Source: an uncultured Candidatus Saccharibacteria bacterium
GTDB lineage: Bacteria; Patescibacteriota; Minisyncoccia; Phycocordibacterales; UBA9973
NCBI GenBank assembly: GCA_964474435.1
Contig: CAYYSI010000001.1
Location: 62,647-126,646 of the forward strand
Direction: 5' to 3'
DNA length: 64,000 nt
Made by a program: the position numbers and the translations under genes. Positions 53,409-61,797 of the stretch are shown piece by piece. Within the stretch, counting starts at the first letter, position 1; each line of letters opens with the position of its first letter. Below the pieces are notes generated by a model that worked only from the letters and a program-made list of their open reading frames with translations, searched no databases and had not been told where the DNA came from.

Positions 53409-55576
53409 GGTGTGATCATGAGGAGGTCTTTGTCAGTATCGGGCAAGAGTTCCCAGATTGCTTCGGTGACAAATGGCATGAATGGGTGCAGTGTCGTGAT
53501 AGTTTCTCTGAGAAGGTGATTGAGGAGTTTCTGGCGAGAATGTTTTGTTGCTGCATCTTCACTTGCAAGGAGAGGCTTACTTTCTTCGATAATCTTGTCT
53601 GCAAATACAGTCCAAATGTATTGGTAGATTTTTTCTGCGGCCAAGTGCAAACGATAGGTGTCGATATCGGTTGTAATGCTACTCAATTCATTTCTCCACG
53701 CCTCATACACAACGCTATCTTCTTCGGAGAGGTCGGCATCGAGTGGCATGTCACTAACGCTTGTTAGTACAAACCGTGCGATATTCCAAAGTTTATTTGC
53801 AAAAAGTTTCTGACCTTTGATCTTGTCTTCGGAAAGCTTCATGTCTGTCCCTGGGGCCGTTCCAAATATAAGTGCCATTCGTCCCGCATCTGAACCAAAC
53901 TTTGCTGCAACATCAAGTGGGTCGATCCCGTTACCAAGCGATTTTGAGAACTTGCGTCCCTGGTTGTCGCGAACAATACCCGTGAGAAATACGTTTTCAA
54001 ACGGAATAGTGCCAAGTGTGTATTCTGTCATGAGGATCATTCGCGCGATCCAGTGAAAAAGGATTTCGTATGCGGGCACAATAACTGAGGTTGGGTGATA
54101 GGTGGCGAGGTCTTGCGTTTGTTTTGGCCAGCCAAGGGTCGAGAATGACCACAGGCCTGATGAGAACCATGTGTCGAGAGTATCAGGATCTTGTTCCCAG
54201 TCATCTCCCTCAGGTGCCTCTATACCACAATATACTTCGTCACCTTTGTACCACACAGGGATGCGATGTCCGTACCAGATCTGTCGAGAGATGCACCAGT
54301 CCCTCAAGTTGTCGATCCAATGGAAATACGTCTTGCCAAAATAATCCGGGTGGATCGAAATACTTCCATCTGCAACTGGTTCGCGCATGAGTTCCTTCAA
54401 TGTTTTGTCATTACGTATCGCGACAGATTTATTGACGTTAATAAACCACTGCAGTTTGGGTAAGGGTTCGATAATACCACTCGTGCGTTCAGCCATTGAA
54501 ACATTTTGATCAATCATTTCTTCTTTCTCCAAAAGATTTTCTTCTCGCAACCACGCAACTATTACCTCCCGTGCATCTGTCGTCTTTTTATTCAAAATTC
54601 GCTCGTCACCAATAGTCATCTTGGCATATTCATTGATTACTTGCGGGCGAGGTAGGTCATGACGATCGGCGATCTCCCAGTCAGTCATACTATGTGCCGG
54701 AGTCACACCCAGTGCGCCCGTACCAAAGTCTTTGTCGACTTCTTTGTCCGCAATGACTTTGATATGAAGAGGTACTCCACAAAATTCTAGGTCATATTCT
54801 TTGCCCACAAATCCTGCATAGCGAGTATCCTCTGGATGTACGGCAACAGCAACGTCGCCAACTTTGGTTTCGGGGCGAGTGGTAGAGATCGCGATAGGGA
54901 AGTCTTTACTATATTTGAAAGTATACATCGTCGCCTTGCGGGCTTCGTGTACAACTTCATCATCAGAGACTGTAGTCTGACCTTTGGGATCCCAGTTGAC
55001 GATACGATGTCCACGATAGATGAGTCCGTCGTCATACATTGATTTAAAAATAGTACGAACTGCAAAGTTGCGCTCTTGGTCGAGTGTAAATGCTTCTCGA
55101 CTCCAATCACATGAAAACCCAAGTGCCTTGATCTGGCTCACCATCGTGTCATGGCTGTTTTGCGCAAATGCATCAACGCGCTTGAGCATTTCTTCACGTC
55201 CCAAATCGTGACGAGAAAGACCTTCTTCCTTTTTAATAATTCCTTCAACTTTGGATTGTGTTGCTATCGCTGCGTGATCTGTGCCCGGGATCCATAGTGT
55301 ACGAAATCCTTGCATGCGCTTGTATCGAATCAAAATATCTTGAACTGTGCCGCCGAGCGCATGCCCCATGTGGAGTGTGCCAGTGACGTTGGGTGGGGGA
55401 AGGACGATAGTAAATGGTTTGGCATCAGGTGCAGTGTGCCCATCCTTGATCATGTTTTCAGGATTGAAATAGCCAGAGTCTTCCCATTTCTTGTACAGGC
55501 GAGATTCTTCGTCCACAGGGTTGTACGGCTTCAAAAGCTTCTCGGGGATCGAGGGAGTAGAGGATTCCATAGGCAA
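53393..55576 (-). CDS. valS: valyl-tRNA synthetase (short form, 727 aa)
   Basis: PPPNVTGTLHMGHA (the ValRS HIGH region) and KFSKSLGNGIDP (KMSKS) are present. The editing domain region is present but the C-terminal coiled coil is absent. Confidence 0.9.
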   Translation of the reverse strand: MPMESSTPSIPEKLLKPYNPVDEESRLYKKWEDSGYFNPENMIKDGHTAPDAKPFTIVLPPPNVTGTLHMGHALGGTVQDILIRYKRMQGFRTLWIPGTDHAAIATQSKVEGIIKKEEGLSRHDLGREEMLKRVDAFAQNSHDTMVSQIKALGFSCDWSREAFTLDQERNFAVRTIFKSMYDDGLIYRGHRIVNWDPKGQTTVSDDEVVHEARKATMYTFKYSKDFPIAISTTRPETKVGDVAVAVHPEDTRYAGFVGKEYDLEFCGVPLHIKVIADKEVDKDFGTGALGVTPAHSMTDWEIADRHDLPRPQVINEYAKMTIGDERILNKKTTDAREVIVAWLREENLLEKEEMIDQNVSMAERTSGIIEPLPKLQWFINVNKSVAIRNDKTLKELMREPVADGSISIHPDYFGKTYFHWIDNLRDWCISRQIWYGHRIPVWYKGDEVYCGIEAPEGDDWEQDPDTLDTWFSSGLWSFSTLGWPKQTQDLATYHPTSVIVPAYEILFHWIARMILMTEYTLGTIPFENVFLTGIVRDNQGRKFSKSLGNGIDPLDVAAKFGSDAGRMALIFGTAPGTDMKLSEDKIKGQKLFANKLWNIARFVLTSVSDMPLDADLSEEDSVVYEAWRNELSSITTDIDTYRLHLAAEKIYQYIWTVFADKIIEESKPLLASEDAATKHSRQKLLNHLLRETITTLHPFMPFVTEAIWELLPDTDKDLLMITPWPTS

Positions 55577-55659
55577 ATAATAGCAATTTTAAGGCGTTTT
55601 GGGGAGAGGGGTTGACAATATATAAATTCTATCTTATTATATTTAAAAATTAAAAAATC

Positions 55660-55968
55660 ATGTTTACAAATACTGATAAAGAAATCTATTACACTGAAAA
55701 AGTAACTGAACAGGAATGGATAGAAATTGCTTCAGAAACAAATGGAAACAAGAGAATTGCTAAAGCTATTGAGTCTTACCTCAATATGCAAATAGAAAAA
55801 ATTCCGCAACCAGCGAGCGCGGGACAAATTAAGGAAATTCTTATGCGAAAATTTGAAGAGCTTGCATATCCAAATAAGGATATAATTTTATCTGTTGAAA
55901 TCCTCGGTTATCCTATCATCAGTGGAATTGTAAAAAACCCCATTGATAATTCAGAAATTTCTTTCTAA
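55660..55968 (+). CDS. hypothetical protein (102 aa)
   Basis: AT-rich, soluble, no motif. Confidence 0.35.
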   Translation: MFTNTDKEIYYTEKVTEQEWIEIASETNGNKRIAKAIESYLNMQIEKIPQPASAGQIKEILMRKFEELAYPNKDIILSVEILGYPIISGIVKNPIDNSEISF

Positions 55969-55970
55969 TT

Positions 55971-57146
55971 TTACAAACTTAAATTACCGTCAGCTTTCAG
56001 GTCACCTGGGTCGGCGGTTTTTATTTGCCCGCTTATTACTTGGAGCATTGCTGCCAACCCAATCATGACAGCATTGTCAGTGGCAAGCCATTGTTCGGGG
56101 AATAGTACGATGGTGTCGGGAAGTTTCTTTGAGACGGCTTTGGTGAGTTGTGCGCGGAGGTATGTATTGCCGGCAACACCGCCACCGACGATGATGGTCG
56201 GAGTATTGTGTTCAGTTGCTGCATCAATTGTCTTTTTTATAAGTACTTCTATTGCGGCGTCTTCGAATGCGCATGCGAGTGCCATTTTTTCATCATCAGT
56301 GAGTTCGCGCGTATTGCCTTGGGTCAGATCACGGATCGCATAGAGTGTCGCAGTTTTGATACCAGAAAATGAAAAGTCATAGTCGCCAGAGTGAAGCATG
56401 GGACGAGGGAGTACGAATTGGTTCACGATATTGGTTTCTCTGAACTGTGCGGCGAGTTTGGACACTGCAGGTCCGCCTGGGTATGGGAGCCCGAGCATGC
56501 GAGCGACTTTGTCAAAGGCTTCACCAACTGCATCGTCGCGTGTCTGACCGAGCTTTTCATACTCACTAAATGCGCGCGCAATGACGAGTTCGGTGTGACC
56601 ACCAGAGACGAGGAGTGAGAGGACGGGGAATGCGAGGTTGCTAAATGTGTATTCTTGCTCAGCGACTTTTTCGATCGCTGCAGTGACGATGTGGCCTTCC
56701 ATGTGATTGATCGGGATGATCGGGATGTCCCATGCGACAGAGAGTGCACGAGCGGCGTTGATACCCACCCAGAGTGCTGGCTCAAGTCCTGGGCCGACAG
56801 TGACTGCGATGTAGTCGATATCTGGCTTTTGATAAAAGGCGAGGAATGGCGCAAGGTGTTCTTTGAGGGTGGTTTCTTTGTCATCGAGAAATGAGAGATC
56901 GGGCAGGGGTTGTTCTGCATCGACGGCATCGAGCATGTAGGCTTCATCGAGGGCGGTTTGGACCAACAGTGTGATTTTCTCGGCATGGGCACGTTTGGCC
57001 ATGGCAGGGAATACCCCACCGTACTGCGCATGGAGCTCGATCTGGGACGCGAGGGCATTCCCGAGGAGGCGAATGGTGTCGCCATCGCGCTCGAGCACGC
57101 AAATGCCCGTTTCGTCGCAGCTGGTCTCGATAGACAGGATTTTCAT
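55971..57146 (-). CDS. tsaD: tRNA N6-adenosine threonylcarbamoyltransferase TsaD (Kae1/Gcp family)
   Basis: MKILSIETSCDETGICVLE...HMEGH...GGGVAGN are the canonical TsaD metal-binding and ASKHA motifs. Confidence 0.85.
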   Translation of the reverse strand: MKILSIETSCDETGICVLERDGDTIRLLGNALASQIELHAQYGGVFPAMAKRAHAEKITLLVQTALDEAYMLDAVDAEQPLPDLSFLDDKETTLKEHLAPFLAFYQKPDIDYIAVTVGPGLEPALWVGINAARALSVAWDIPIIPINHMEGHIVTAAIEKVAEQEYTFSNLAFPVLSLLVSGGHTELVIARAFSEYEKLGQTRDDAVGEAFDKVARMLGLPYPGGPAVSKLAAQFRETNIVNQFVLPRPMLHSGDYDFSFSGIKTATLYAIRDLTQGNTRELTDDEKMALACAFEDAAIEVLIKKTIDAATEHNTPTIIVGGGVAGNTYLRAQLTKAVSKKLPDTIVLFPEQWLATDNAVMIGLAAMLQVISGQIKTADPGDLKADGNLSL

Positions 57147-57214
57147 ACCCGACACTATACCAATAGATTGTGTTTTCTGGAAGGTGTGGTAAGGTTTAGC
57201 AAAACTTTTAACTC

Positions 57215-57532
57215 ATGTACAATTTTGAAATTCACTACACGTTAAACTTTCCCGGTATAGAAAAGATTTCTCATTATGATGATAAGGCTGAAACTATCGG
57301 TACTACAACTGCCGTTAAAATAGGTAAAGCTTTATGGAAAAAATTTTCTTCTAACCAAAAGAAAATATTGCCTACCTTAGTGGTATCAAATGAGGATATT
57401 AAAAGTGTTTCCGAAATTTCAATACGAAAGAATAAAGAGACATTTTTGGATACGCAGAATACTGATCCACTTTCATGGGAAATAGCAAACTATCTTTTTG
57501 AAGAAATTAAAAAACCCATAAAATCCCCTTAG
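57215..57532 (+). CDS. hypothetical protein (105 aa)
   Basis: No motif; AT-rich. Confidence 0.35.
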   Translation: MYNFEIHYTLNFPGIEKISHYDDKAETIGTTTAVKIGKALWKKFSSNQKKILPTLVVSNEDIKSVSEISIRKNKETFLDTQNTDPLSWEIANYLFEEIKKPIKSP

Positions 57533-57557
57533 GGATTTTTTTTGTTACAATATATTC

Positions 57558-57797
57558 ATGCAAACCTCATGGCAAGAAAAAAATAACACACTCATTCGAG
57601 AGTTCACCTTCCCGACATTTGTAGACACGATCGCATTTATCAACAAAGTTGCAGGAGTTGCCGCAGAGCTTAATCATCATCCAGAAATTTGGAATGTATA
57701 CAATAAAGTAACACTCACTCTTTCGACACATGATGCGGGGGACATAGTGACTGACAAAGATCGAGAGCTCGCCGAAAAAATAGATATGCTACTATAG
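57558..57797 (+). CDS. pterin-4a-carbinolamine dehydratase (PCD/DCoH)
   Basis: ...FVDTIAFINKVAGVAAELNHHPEIWNVYNKVTLTLSTHDAGDIVTDKDRELAEKID is a PCD fold with the E-x-HHP motif. Confidence 0.8.
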   Translation: MQTSWQEKNNTLIREFTFPTFVDTIAFINKVAGVAAELNHHPEIWNVYNKVTLTLSTHDAGDIVTDKDRELAEKIDMLL

Positions 57798-57804
57798 GGG
57801 TACT

Positions 57805-58422
57805 ATGGACGCCATCGTGCAAACCATCATTCCGTTTGTCCTCATGTACAAATACTGGGCGCTCTTTTTGATTACATTTCTGACTGCGATGGCGCTCCCG
57901 ATCCCGCCAGGGACACTTATCATGGTATCGTCTGCATTTGCGTACAAAGGATATTTCGTCTTTGGGTTCGTGCTCATGGCGGCAATTGCAGGAAACATCC
58001 TGGGGGACACGGCGTCGTATTGGATTGCGCGTCATTATGGTGCGCGTATTCTCAACAAGATCGGTTTTGGCAAGCTTATGCATTCTCGCCGGTACAAGAT
58101 CGTTGAACGAGCGATCAGGAAACGCCCCGGACTCATTATCTTTGTTAGTCGGTTTGAAGTTGTGACGAACCTCTCGGTCAATCTCATCTCAGGGCTCAGC
58201 AGACTCCCGTATGGCAAATATTTGCTCTATAGCGGCATCGGCGAAATATTCCAAGTGACCCTCTACAGTACGATCGGCTATGTCTTTGCCAATAGCTGGA
58301 GTCAGGTGAACTCACTCATCGGCAAGATCCTCTTCCTTGTTGCAGTTGTTGCCGTATTGATCGTCGCGTTGTTTTGGAAGAAAATCAAAGCCAATATGGC
58401 CGAGGATATTGCAGCGTCATGA
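57805..58422 (+). CDS. DedA-family (VTT-domain) membrane protein
   Basis: The DedA signature GTLIMVSSAFAYKGYFVFGFVLMAAIAGNILGDTASYWIARHYG is present. Confidence 0.75.
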   Translation: MDAIVQTIIPFVLMYKYWALFLITFLTAMALPIPPGTLIMVSSAFAYKGYFVFGFVLMAAIAGNILGDTASYWIARHYGARILNKIGFGKLMHSRRYKIVERAIRKRPGLIIFVSRFEVVTNLSVNLISGLSRLPYGKYLLYSGIGEIFQVTLYSTIGYVFANSWSQVNSLIGKILFLVAVVAVLIVALFWKKIKANMAEDIAAS

Positions 58423-59135
58423 GTAGTGCTATACTTCCAAGAAAAATTATGAAACCAAAGAACATACTCATTACCGGTGCTACCGGAGATATCGGAACAG
58501 CCCTTATAAAACAGCTCGCACATACTGACCACCAGATCTATGCACCTGTCAGGAATGCTCAGAAAGCACAGGAACGTTTTGGTACACAAACCAACATTCA
58601 TGCCCAAGAATGTATTCTCGAAGACTACAAGTCTATGCTCGACTATAGTACAAAGCTTGCAAACGAGGGTATTGGTTTTGATATCGTGATTTTGCTCGCA
58701 GGTATCTTTAAACTCGACAAAACATTTCTCGGAGATACTTCTATAGAAAAAGAAAAAACATCTATTGAAGCTCATATGCGATCGAATGTCCTCACAGCTG
58801 AAACAACTGTGGAAGGGCTCATCAAGGCATATGGTGAGCGTTTGGAACACACAATACTTGTACCCGTCGCAACACATGCGGTAGATTTTCCAGTAGGGCA
58901 TAGTTTTCGGATTAATGAAGAAGGATATGTTCAATCAAAAATCTGCCTTGTAGAACGTGCGGGCGAATGGGACATGCTTGGCACTTTTGGTAAGGTTATA
59001 GTTGAAAAACCCGGATTGATCGATAGTGAAATGACACGGGAGACTATTCCGGAAGTCCTGGCAGACCCAAGTGTTCCTCGAATCACACCTGACCAATATG
59101 CTTCTGATTTGATCCAACGATTAGGTCTTTTATAA
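58419..59135 (+). CDS. SDR-family NAD(P)-dependent oxidoreductase
   Basis: The Rossmann motif ILITGATGDIGTALIKQLA is present. The start was chosen at ATG 58419, an ATGA overlap with the dedA stop. Confidence 0.65.
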   Translation: MSSAILPRKIMKPKNILITGATGDIGTALIKQLAHTDHQIYAPVRNAQKAQERFGTQTNIHAQECILEDYKSMLDYSTKLANEGIGFDIVILLAGIFKLDKTFLGDTSIEKEKTSIEAHMRSNVLTAETTVEGLIKAYGERLEHTILVPVATHAVDFPVGHSFRINEEGYVQSKICLVERAGEWDMLGTFGKVIVEKPGLIDSEMTRETIPEVLADPSVPRITPDQYASDLIQRLGLL

Positions 59136-59144
59136 GAAGAAATC

Positions 59145-59168
59145 ACGAGCCAATTGGCTCGTTTTTTA
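59145..59168 (+). terminator. rho-independent terminator ACGAGCC-aatt-GGCTCGT followed by T6
   Basis: A perfect 7-bp stem is followed by TTTTTTAGT. It follows the SDR gene. Confidence 0.75.
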
Positions 59169-59249
59169 GTGGAAAAGGGGTAGTATTGACAAAAAATGAT
59201 AATGCTGTAATATAAGGAAAAATCTTTTTATACTAAATAATAATCGAAT

Positions 59250-59675
59250 ATGCAAAAAACAGAACTACAAGCTTCTGCTCCTACTCCCGCAAAAACATTG
59301 AAGAAAAAGCATTTTTTCTATAAACAATGCCTCACTTTTGGATATCTCGTATTCTTTTTTCTTGTCGAATGGTATTTATTCAAAGACGCTTCTTTGTGGG
59401 TACAAAACTCTTTGTACTTCATAACATTTGGTATCTTTTGTATTCGGATAAAGGGTATACGCCATGATCAATGGAAATACCTCAATCCCGGACACTTTGA
59501 AAAAGTCCAATCAAAGACCATGCAAGGGACTCTCCAATATCTTGCAATGAAAGAACAACAAGACAAACAAAAAGCAGAAGAAGAAATGCGAAAGGCACAG
59601 ACAAAAAAAGTAGCAGTAGAAATGCCCGCCGAGCCAGAACTTGCTGAAGTAAATTCAGCCGCTCTCCTTAACTAA
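59250..59675 (+). CDS. hypothetical membrane protein (141 aa)
   Basis: Promoter TTGACA-N17-TAATAT at 59187-59215. Two TM helices and a KQ-rich C-terminus. Confidence 0.4.
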   Translation: MQKTELQASAPTPAKTLKKKHFFYKQCLTFGYLVFFFLVEWYLFKDASLWVQNSLYFITFGIFCIRIKGIRHDQWKYLNPGHFEKVQSKTMQGTLQYLAMKEQQDKQKAEEEMRKAQTKKVAVEMPAEPELAEVNSAALLN

Positions 59676-59736
59676 AATATTCATCATTAGAGCCGCGCTA
59701 TCCAATAGTGCGGTTTTCATTTGCTACAATAACCCT

Positions 59737-59982
59737 ATGCACCAAAAACTATGGTTCAAGAGGAAGTCATATGGATGGGGATGGGTACCTGTAACATGGC
59801 AGGGGTGGATAGCTACAGCAGTTTATATTGCTGGAGTATTACTTTTCGCATTTGGAAGAGGAGAAGATAGCAATCTGCTTATATTTGCAGTCCCCACGAT
59901 CATGTGGACCGCGCTCCTGATCTATATTTGTTACAAGAAAGGTGAGAAGCCGAGGTGGCAGTGGGTGAGGGATCGTGAGTAA
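59737..59982 (+). CDS. hypothetical small membrane protein (81 aa), Trp-rich
   Basis: GWGWVPVTWQGW, with two TM helices. Confidence 0.4.
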   Translation: MHQKLWFKRKSYGWGWVPVTWQGWIATAVYIAGVLLFAFGRGEDSNLLIFAVPTIMWTALLIYICYKKGEKPRWQWVRDRE

Positions 59983-60055
59983 GTTTTGACAATTTGGGTA
60001 TTGATGCTATAGTTGTAAGGAATCCTCTTTTACTCACCTCCAAAAACTGTGTACC

Positions 60056-60388
60056 ATGACAAAGACTGTATTATTTCTACTCGGCTCAAATCTAAACCTC
60101 ATTCGGTATCAAAAAATCTCAGAGAAACTTAAAAGAAAAGATATTGTAGTTTCTACTGAAATTATCGAAAAAAGCTCTGAAGATGCTGTAGAAAATGAAC
60201 GTCACTATGTTGGAAATAGCCTTATGCGTCCAAATCAAATCATTTTTTACGAGCAGGGCTATAGATGGTTTGGTCTTGAAAATTCACATTGCGGCATGCA
60301 CACCCTTAGCAAGAAAACATCAGCTGGTTTTATCATTACTAAAACAAATATGATACCACAAAAGACAGCTGAAGCTTCTGCCGCTTAA
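60056..60388 (+). CDS. hypothetical protein (110 aa)
   Basis: No motif. Confidence 0.35.
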   Translation: MTKTVLFLLGSNLNLIRYQKISEKLKRKDIVVSTEIIEKSSEDAVENERHYVGNSLMRPNQIIFYEQGYRWFGLENSHCGMHTLSKKTSAGFIITKTNMIPQKTAEASAA

Positions 60389-60434
60389 ACAACGGTTAAA
60401 ACCCTATTCTTTATACAGAGAATAGGGTTTTTAT

Positions 60435-60566
60435 GTGCACGGTAGAGGGATCTCCCGCGACTCTCAGACGTTGTCTTCGGTCTGGGCACCGCCTCGCGGC
60501 CTGCGGCAACGCTCCGGCGTTCTCTCCCTCACGCATGCAAAGCAGTTTGCATGCTTACCGTGCACC
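60435..60566. other. GC-rich, highly structured ~130-nt element adjacent to tRNA-Val. It begins with an 18-nt direct repeat of the tRNA-Val 3' end and is closed by a 10-bp inverted repeat.
   Basis: GTGCACGGTAGAGGGATC at 60436-60453 equals 60608-60625, the 3' part of tRNA-Val. TGTGCACGGTA at 60435-60445 pairs with TACCGTGCAC at 60555-60564. Internal hairpins include GCATGCAAA-gcag-TTTGCATGC (a perfect 9-bp stem at 60532-60553), AACGC-cggag-GCGTT and CCGC-ctc-GCGG. Confidence 0.4.
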
Positions 60567-60608
60567 CAATAAAAATGGCCTGTATGAACAGGCTCGTTTT
60601 TAAAGGGG

Positions 60609-60682
60609 TGCACGGTAGAGGGATCGAACCTCTCACCTCAGCAATGTCAATGCTGCGCTCTAACCATATGAGCTAACCGCGC
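60609..60682 (-). tRNA. tRNA-Val (anticodon GAC)
   Basis: The reverse complement GCGCGGTTAGCTCATATGGTTAGAGCGCAGCATTGACATTGCTGAGGTGAGAGGTTCGATCCCTCTACCGTGCA folds as a cloverleaf with anticodon loop TTGACAT. Confidence 0.8.
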
Positions 60683-60800
60683 GGGTTTTGTAGGGGAAAT
60701 ATAACATATTGTGGTGTAATTGGCGAAGATGGTTGCTTTTTTATAGGAATATGGTATAAATATAGAAACTAATTCATTAACTTCAAAAATTACTTTTATC

Positions 60801-61274
60801 ATGAACTACAAGCAAGCGTCTGTTGTTATTTTTACAATCCCTACAGTGGTACAGATATTTACAAAAGATTTGTTCGGAGGGTGGACATTCATTCCTCTTT
60901 GGGTGTTGAAACAGGTAAAACTTTTTTTAAAAAAAGTACCTATTCATATTAAGCAACTACAAACCGGCACTGATGGAGAAAGTATCAATGTTGAAAGAGA
61001 AGTCATAGTGTTACCATACTTCAATGGATATTATGAAGATATGATGGGGGAAAAGTTCAAATGGAAAGACCCTATTCATCTTTTTGTAAATGATGTTGAT
61101 CAGGAAATATTGCAAAAAACAGATGCTGTGGTATGGGTTTTTACCAGCCAGAAAAACGCCAAGCATATGCTGGAGTTTTTCCAAAGCATAACAACTGAAG
61201 TTTGCATATATAATGACATCGGTGAACATGACACTCACGCAGTCATCAGTCTTCCTATGGAGATTGCAGTGTAA
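60801..61274 (+). CDS. hypothetical protein (157 aa)
   Basis: An N-terminal hydrophobic segment; no motif. It lies between tRNA-Val and tRNA-Glu. Confidence 0.4.
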   Translation: MNYKQASVVIFTIPTVVQIFTKDLFGGWTFIPLWVLKQVKLFLKKVPIHIKQLQTGTDGESINVEREVIVLPYFNGYYEDMMGEKFKWKDPIHLFVNDVDQEILQKTDAVVWVFTSQKNAKHMLEFFQSITTEVCIYNDIGEHDTHAVISLPMEIAV

Positions 61275-61350
61275 GCATTTTTTAATGAGCCAAACCTAAA
61301 AGTTGGCTCATTTGATTTTTATACGAAAATTTGTACAATAGTACGCACAT

Positions 61351-61425
61351 GGCCCTATCGTCTAACGGTTAGGACGCCGGCTTTTCAAGCCGTTAATCGG
61401 GGTTCGATTCCCCGTAGGGTCACCA
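61351..61425 (+). tRNA. tRNA-Glu (anticodon UUC), CCA encoded
   Basis: GGCCCTATCGTCTAACGGTTAGGACGCCGGCTTTTCAAGCCGTTAATCGGGGTTCGATTCCCCGTAGGGTCACCA; anticodon loop TTTTCAA; T-loop TTCGATT. Confidence 0.9.
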
Positions 61426-61429
61426 CGAC

Positions 61430-61460
61430 AAAACATCCCCATCTGCATGGGGTGTTTTGC
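61430..61460. terminator. hairpin CCCCAT-ctgc-ATGGGG with flanking A/T runs (bidirectional terminator after tRNA-Glu)
   Basis: AAAACATCCCCATCTGCATGGGGTGTTTTGC. Confidence 0.6.
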
Positions 61461-61617
61461 TACGTGGTGAAGGCGTAAGCGATGTCGAAGACAAGCGCGC
61501 CGGGGTCGCGAGTACTTAGTCCACGCAGTGCACGAAGTGCATGAGTAGACTTAGTAACTCGTGACACAAACAAATCGCAGTCCCTGGAAGGGGGTCACAA
61601 ATACAAATAAAAAAACC
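61461..61617. ncRNA. candidate structured ncRNA: GC-rich ~155-nt non-coding island bounded by terminator-like hairpins
   Basis: It has no ORF and its GC content is well above that of the flanks. Local hairpins include TGCAC-gaa-GTGCA and CACGCAGTG, a closing pairing CGCGAGT...ACTCGTG, and a CCCTGGAAGGGGG hairpin. Strand and identity are unknown. Confidence 0.25.
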
Positions 61618-61682
61618 TTAGAAAATATCTAAGGTTTCAAAGGTGTGTCGTCCTGTAAAAATACTATTAAATAAAAAACTAA

Positions 61683-61750
61683 AAAGGGTGCCCTAATGCA
61701 TATGAGTCCCTTGCCTTCATATCCTTAGAAGGAACACCCTTTCTTTTATC
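61683..61750 (-). terminator. trxB terminator: long hairpin AAAGGGTG...CACCCTTT with internal CCTTC/GAAGG helix, followed by a T-run on the minus strand
   Basis: On the minus strand, the 8-bp closing stem plus inner stem is followed by TTTTTAGTTTTTTATTT. Confidence 0.5.
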
Positions 61751-61797
61751 CTGTATAAACCTAATGACACTTTAGCACCCTTTACAAATTTGTCAAA

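Noticed and set aside
60430-60570. tmRNA (ssrA) adjacent to tRNA-Val, given the tRNA-like 3' end duplication
   Set aside because: It is only ~130 nt. It has no tag-peptide ORF ending in an ANDENYALAA-like sequence, and no 5' tRNA-like half with GGGG...acceptor pairing to an ACCA end. It is more consistent with an att-site duplication or structured remnant.
59250-60607. An intact integrative element inserted at tRNA-Val
   Set aside because: No integrase, recombinase or phage genes are present. Only ~150 bp separate the duplicated 18-mer from the tRNA. Only small hypothetical ORFs lie beyond, so at most this is a remnant.
61461-61617. RNase P RNA or SRP RNA in the GC-rich island after tRNA-Glu
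   Set aside because: It is too short for RNase P (~330+ nt). It has an AGUCC fragment but lacks the P4 / CR-I consensus. It lacks the SRP domain-IV AGGxCCGGAAGGAAGCAGC-type symmetric loop. It is left as an unassigned candidate ncRNA.
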